Assembly (NCBI GenBank): GCA_965197475.1
Contig: CBDANF010000003.1
Coordinates: 1,920,001 to 1,984,000, forward strand
Length of the DNA stretch: 64,000 bases
Source: Candidatus Poribacteria bacterium
Lineage (GTDB): Bacteria; Poribacteria; WGA-4E; WGA-3G
Reading direction: 5' to 3'
Numbering within the stretch: position 1 is the stretch's first letter; the number at the start of each line of letters is the position of its first letter. Under the pieces are notes generated by a model. It saw nothing but the letters and a program-made list of their open reading frames with translations. It had not been told where the DNA came from and ran no database searches. The position numbers were made by a program, and so were the translations under genes. Below, piece after piece: positions 61,622-64,000 of the stretch.

Positions 61622-63229
61622 GTGGATTTAGGAAATACACACCCGCTTGATTTTAATGAATCTGAAAACACGGATCAGGTCGAATTTGATGATTTATCCG
61701 AATTTTCTCCAGGCGAGATCAGCGAACGCGAGGATCCGATTAAAGTCTATCTACGCGACATAGGGAAAATTCCGTTGATTGATAAAGAAAAAGAGATCGA
61801 ATTATCTCAACAAATTGAGATGGGACTACGCCAAGAACAAGAAGCAACATTCGCTACGCGACTCGCAGCAGCAGAGGTGCGAAAACTTCTATACAAAATC
61901 ATTATCGCTAAAAAACGAGCCTCTGATATTATTGATATGCAGGTTTCCAGTAACTCAACCCAAGATAAGGAGCGAAAACTGCGCGGAAAAGTAGAAAAGA
62001 TGATGGGGATCATCGAAAAGTTAGAATTGGAATATCTTGTTGCTGCCAAGGAAGCTGCTAAGAACAATTCGTTTGTGGAATTTGAAAATGTTCGAAGCCA
62101 CGCCACTTTTGTCAAAAACTTGGAGCGACTGAAGATTGACCGAGAAGAAATTAGCAAAATCTCAGGACAGGTCATAGAGGTTGAACGTAATATCAGTGAA
62201 CGAGAACAAGAAATCGCACGACTCCAAAAACAACATAATATCCCATCAGAATGGTTAGACGGAAGACTCAACTCCAAAACGCATAATTTCAAAACGGATG
62301 TTGTAAAAGAGGCATATATCATCATTGTCCGCTATCAACGCGAAATTCAACAATATATCAACACTATCGGTATCTCACGCGACGCGCTCCAAGCTATTAG
62401 CAAACAAATTCGTATCGGTGAAGCCAATGCTGAAGATGCCAAAAATGCAATTGTTGCAGCAAACCTCAGGTTAGTCGTTAGTATTGCCAAGAAATATAGG
62501 CAGCAAGCCCCCGGTCTTGAATTTCGTGATCTAATTCAGGAGGGTAACATCGGTTTAATGAGAGCTGTTGAGAAGTTTGATTATCAACGCGGCTACAAGT
62601 TTAGCACTTACGCCACTTGGTGGATAAAACAGGGCATCAGCCGTGCTATTGCAGACCAAGGACGCACTATTCGCATTCCAGTGCACATGCATGAGCGAAT
62701 TAACAAAATGAGGCGGACTGAACGCTCACTACTCCAAGAATTGGGACGGCGACCTACACCAGAGGAGGTCGCTGAAGATATGGGAATTCCACCAGAAAAA
62801 GTCAGGGAAGTTTTGAGAATTGTGCCAGAAACCGTATCATTAGAAACGCCAATCGGGGACGAAGACGATGACAGTCAGTTGGGCGATTTCATTGAAGATG
62901 CGACTGTCCTATCGCCAGCCACAGAAGCTGAGCTTAGCATTCTCAAAGAACGTATCCAAGAAGCTCTTACCGATCTGTCTGAACGTGAACGGGAGGTAAT
63001 TATCCTCCGATTCGGTATTGAGGACGATCCTGTGAACCCATTGTTGTCTGAAACAACTCGCAAACGGATTGCTATGCTTTGCATTACAACCGGTTATCCA
63101 AAGACGCTTGAAGAGGTCGGTGTCGTTTTTGATGTCACCCGTGAGCGTATCCGCCAAATTGAGGCGAAAGCCCTCCGCAAGCTCCGCCATCCTATCCGAA
63201 GCCATCGCCTGCGCGGCTTCATCGAATAA
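61622..63229 (+). CDS. rpoD: Primary RNA polymerase sigma factor
   Basis: [48 protein letters not shown]...[17 protein letters not shown]. Confidence 0.96.
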   Translation: MDLGNTHPLDFNESENTDQVEFDDLSEFSPGEISEREDPIKVYLRDIGKIPLIDKEKEIELSQQIEMGLRQEQEATFATRLAAAEVRKLLYKIIIAKKRASDIIDMQVSSNSTQDKERKLRGKVEKMMGIIEKLELEYLVAAKEAAKNNSFVEFENVRSHATFVKNLERLKIDREEISKISGQVIEVERNISEREQEIARLQKQHNIPSEWLDGRLNSKTHNFKTDVVKEAYIIIVRYQREIQQYINTIGISRDALQAISKQIRIGEANAEDAKNAIVAANLRLVVSIAKKYRQQAPGLEFRDLIQEGNIGLMRAVEKFDYQRGYKFSTYATWWIKQGISRAIADQGRTIRIPVHMHERINKMRRTERSLLQELGRRPTPEEVAEDMGIPPEKVREVLRIVPETVSLETPIGDEDDDSQLGDFIEDATVLSPATEAELSILKERIQEALTDLSEREREVIILRFGIEDDPVNPLLSETTRKRIAMLCITTGYPKTLEEVGVVFDVTRERIRQIEAKALRKLRHPIRSHRLRGFIE

Positions 63230-63318
63230 TCGCAATTATCATTTCAAAATACCAACTACCAGAATTGCATTAAAACTTGATCTTTAATTAGAAACAAGGT
63301 ATAATTAAAAAACAGTAA

Positions 63319-63391
63319 GGGTCCATAGCTCAGTGGTTAGAGCCGCCGGCTCATAACCGGCTGGTCCTAGGTTCGAGTCCTAGTGGGCCCA
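63319..63391 (+). tRNA. tRNA with CAT anticodon, most likely tRNA-Ile2 (lysidine)
   Basis: gccgg-ct-CAT-aa-ccggc; body resembles Ile2 tRNAs, has a paired 1:72 position and lacks the initiator GGG/CCC anticodon stem. Confidence 0.85.
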
Positions 63392-63402
63392 TCTCCTCAC
63401 AT

Positions 63403-63475
63403 GGGGCGTTAGCTCAGGGGTACGAGCACTACCTTCACACGGTAGAAGTCACTGGTTCAAATCCAGTACGCCCCA
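63403..63475 (+). tRNA. tRNA-Val (CAC)
   Basis: ctacc-tt-CAC-ac-ggtag; acceptor stem ggggcgt/acgcccc. Confidence 0.93.
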
Positions 63476-63777
63476 TTGGTTAAGCGAAAGTGCCCCACCT
63501 ACCGAACAAAGATGTTTCGGATTAAATTCTGACAAATTGTGTAAATCCTAAAATCTACCTTTTTGGAGGAATAAAAAGTGCATTATCCAACCCTATTATC
63601 TGTTATTCCCTTTTGCAAACATAACCTTGTCATAACGTTTGATGTTTTCGCTTTGCAAAAAAGCTAAACTTTTTCTGGTGAAACGTATATATTAAGTATA
63701 ATAGGTGATCACTATGTTATTTTATAGTTGAAACGATTTGATTTTCTCGCAATTCCACCTTTGAAGGGAGTCAACTG

Positions 63778-64000
63778 ATGATGCTTCAACGCGGTCCACA
63801 TAACTCAGGTAAGTGTCCGTTCCATATTGTTCCCGAAGCCCCGCTCTCTGCTAAGGCATCAATATATCATTGTGTTGATTGTGTTATAGCAAACAACGCG
63901 CGGTTGGAAAGTCGCAGGGAAGACTTCCATCAAATTGCCATGTTAACGGTTCTGGAAGCAATGTCAAAGTATGATCCGAACCATCAAAGCGGTGCCAGTT
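63778..64000 (+). CDS. Probable sigma-70 family sigma factor, N-terminal part (truncated by the window edge)
   Basis: RBS gggag; MMLQRG...REDFHQIAMLTVLEAMSKYDPNHQSGAS resembles sigma region 2. Confidence 0.55.
   Translation, partial: MMLQRGPHNSGKCPFHIVPEAPLSAKASIYHCVDCVIANNARLESRREDFHQIAMLTVLEAMSKYDPNHQSGAS

Overview
Bacterial chromosomal window of moderate GC. The gene mix (LamG and beta-propeller proteins sharing a C-terminal KLTTTWGxIK-type tail, WD40 arrays, several Gfo/Idh/MocA enzymes, a sulfatase-like enzyme, Uma2) points to Candidatus Poribacteria (inference). Housekeeping genes: thrC, recD2, uxuA, a tandem purS, mutS2-dnaG-rpoD and three tRNAs (Gly-CCC, Ile2/Met-CAT, Val-CAC). Main finding, 26.9-31.6 kb: six apparently split ORFs are three tandem paralogous lipoprotein genes. 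Each reads through an in-frame TGA that gives a UxxC motif in a peroxiredoxin-like domain, and each has the same hairpin (GCAACTC-GGY-GAGTTGC) exactly 14 nt after the TGA, consistent with a SECIS. They are followed by a Tat-signal DUF362 gene and a small lipoprotein ending in CAGGAC. Together these suggest an extracytoplasmic selenocysteine redox module. Other notable items: a 37-bp insert between 29-bp direct repeats inside a gene (resembles ectopic CRISPR spacer integration), an orphan P2-type tail tube gene beside a methyltransferase-HNH fusion, two IS elements nested in the terminal repeat of a third, and many MITEs and GTAG-type REPs. All family assignments are from motif recognition by eye; no searches were run.
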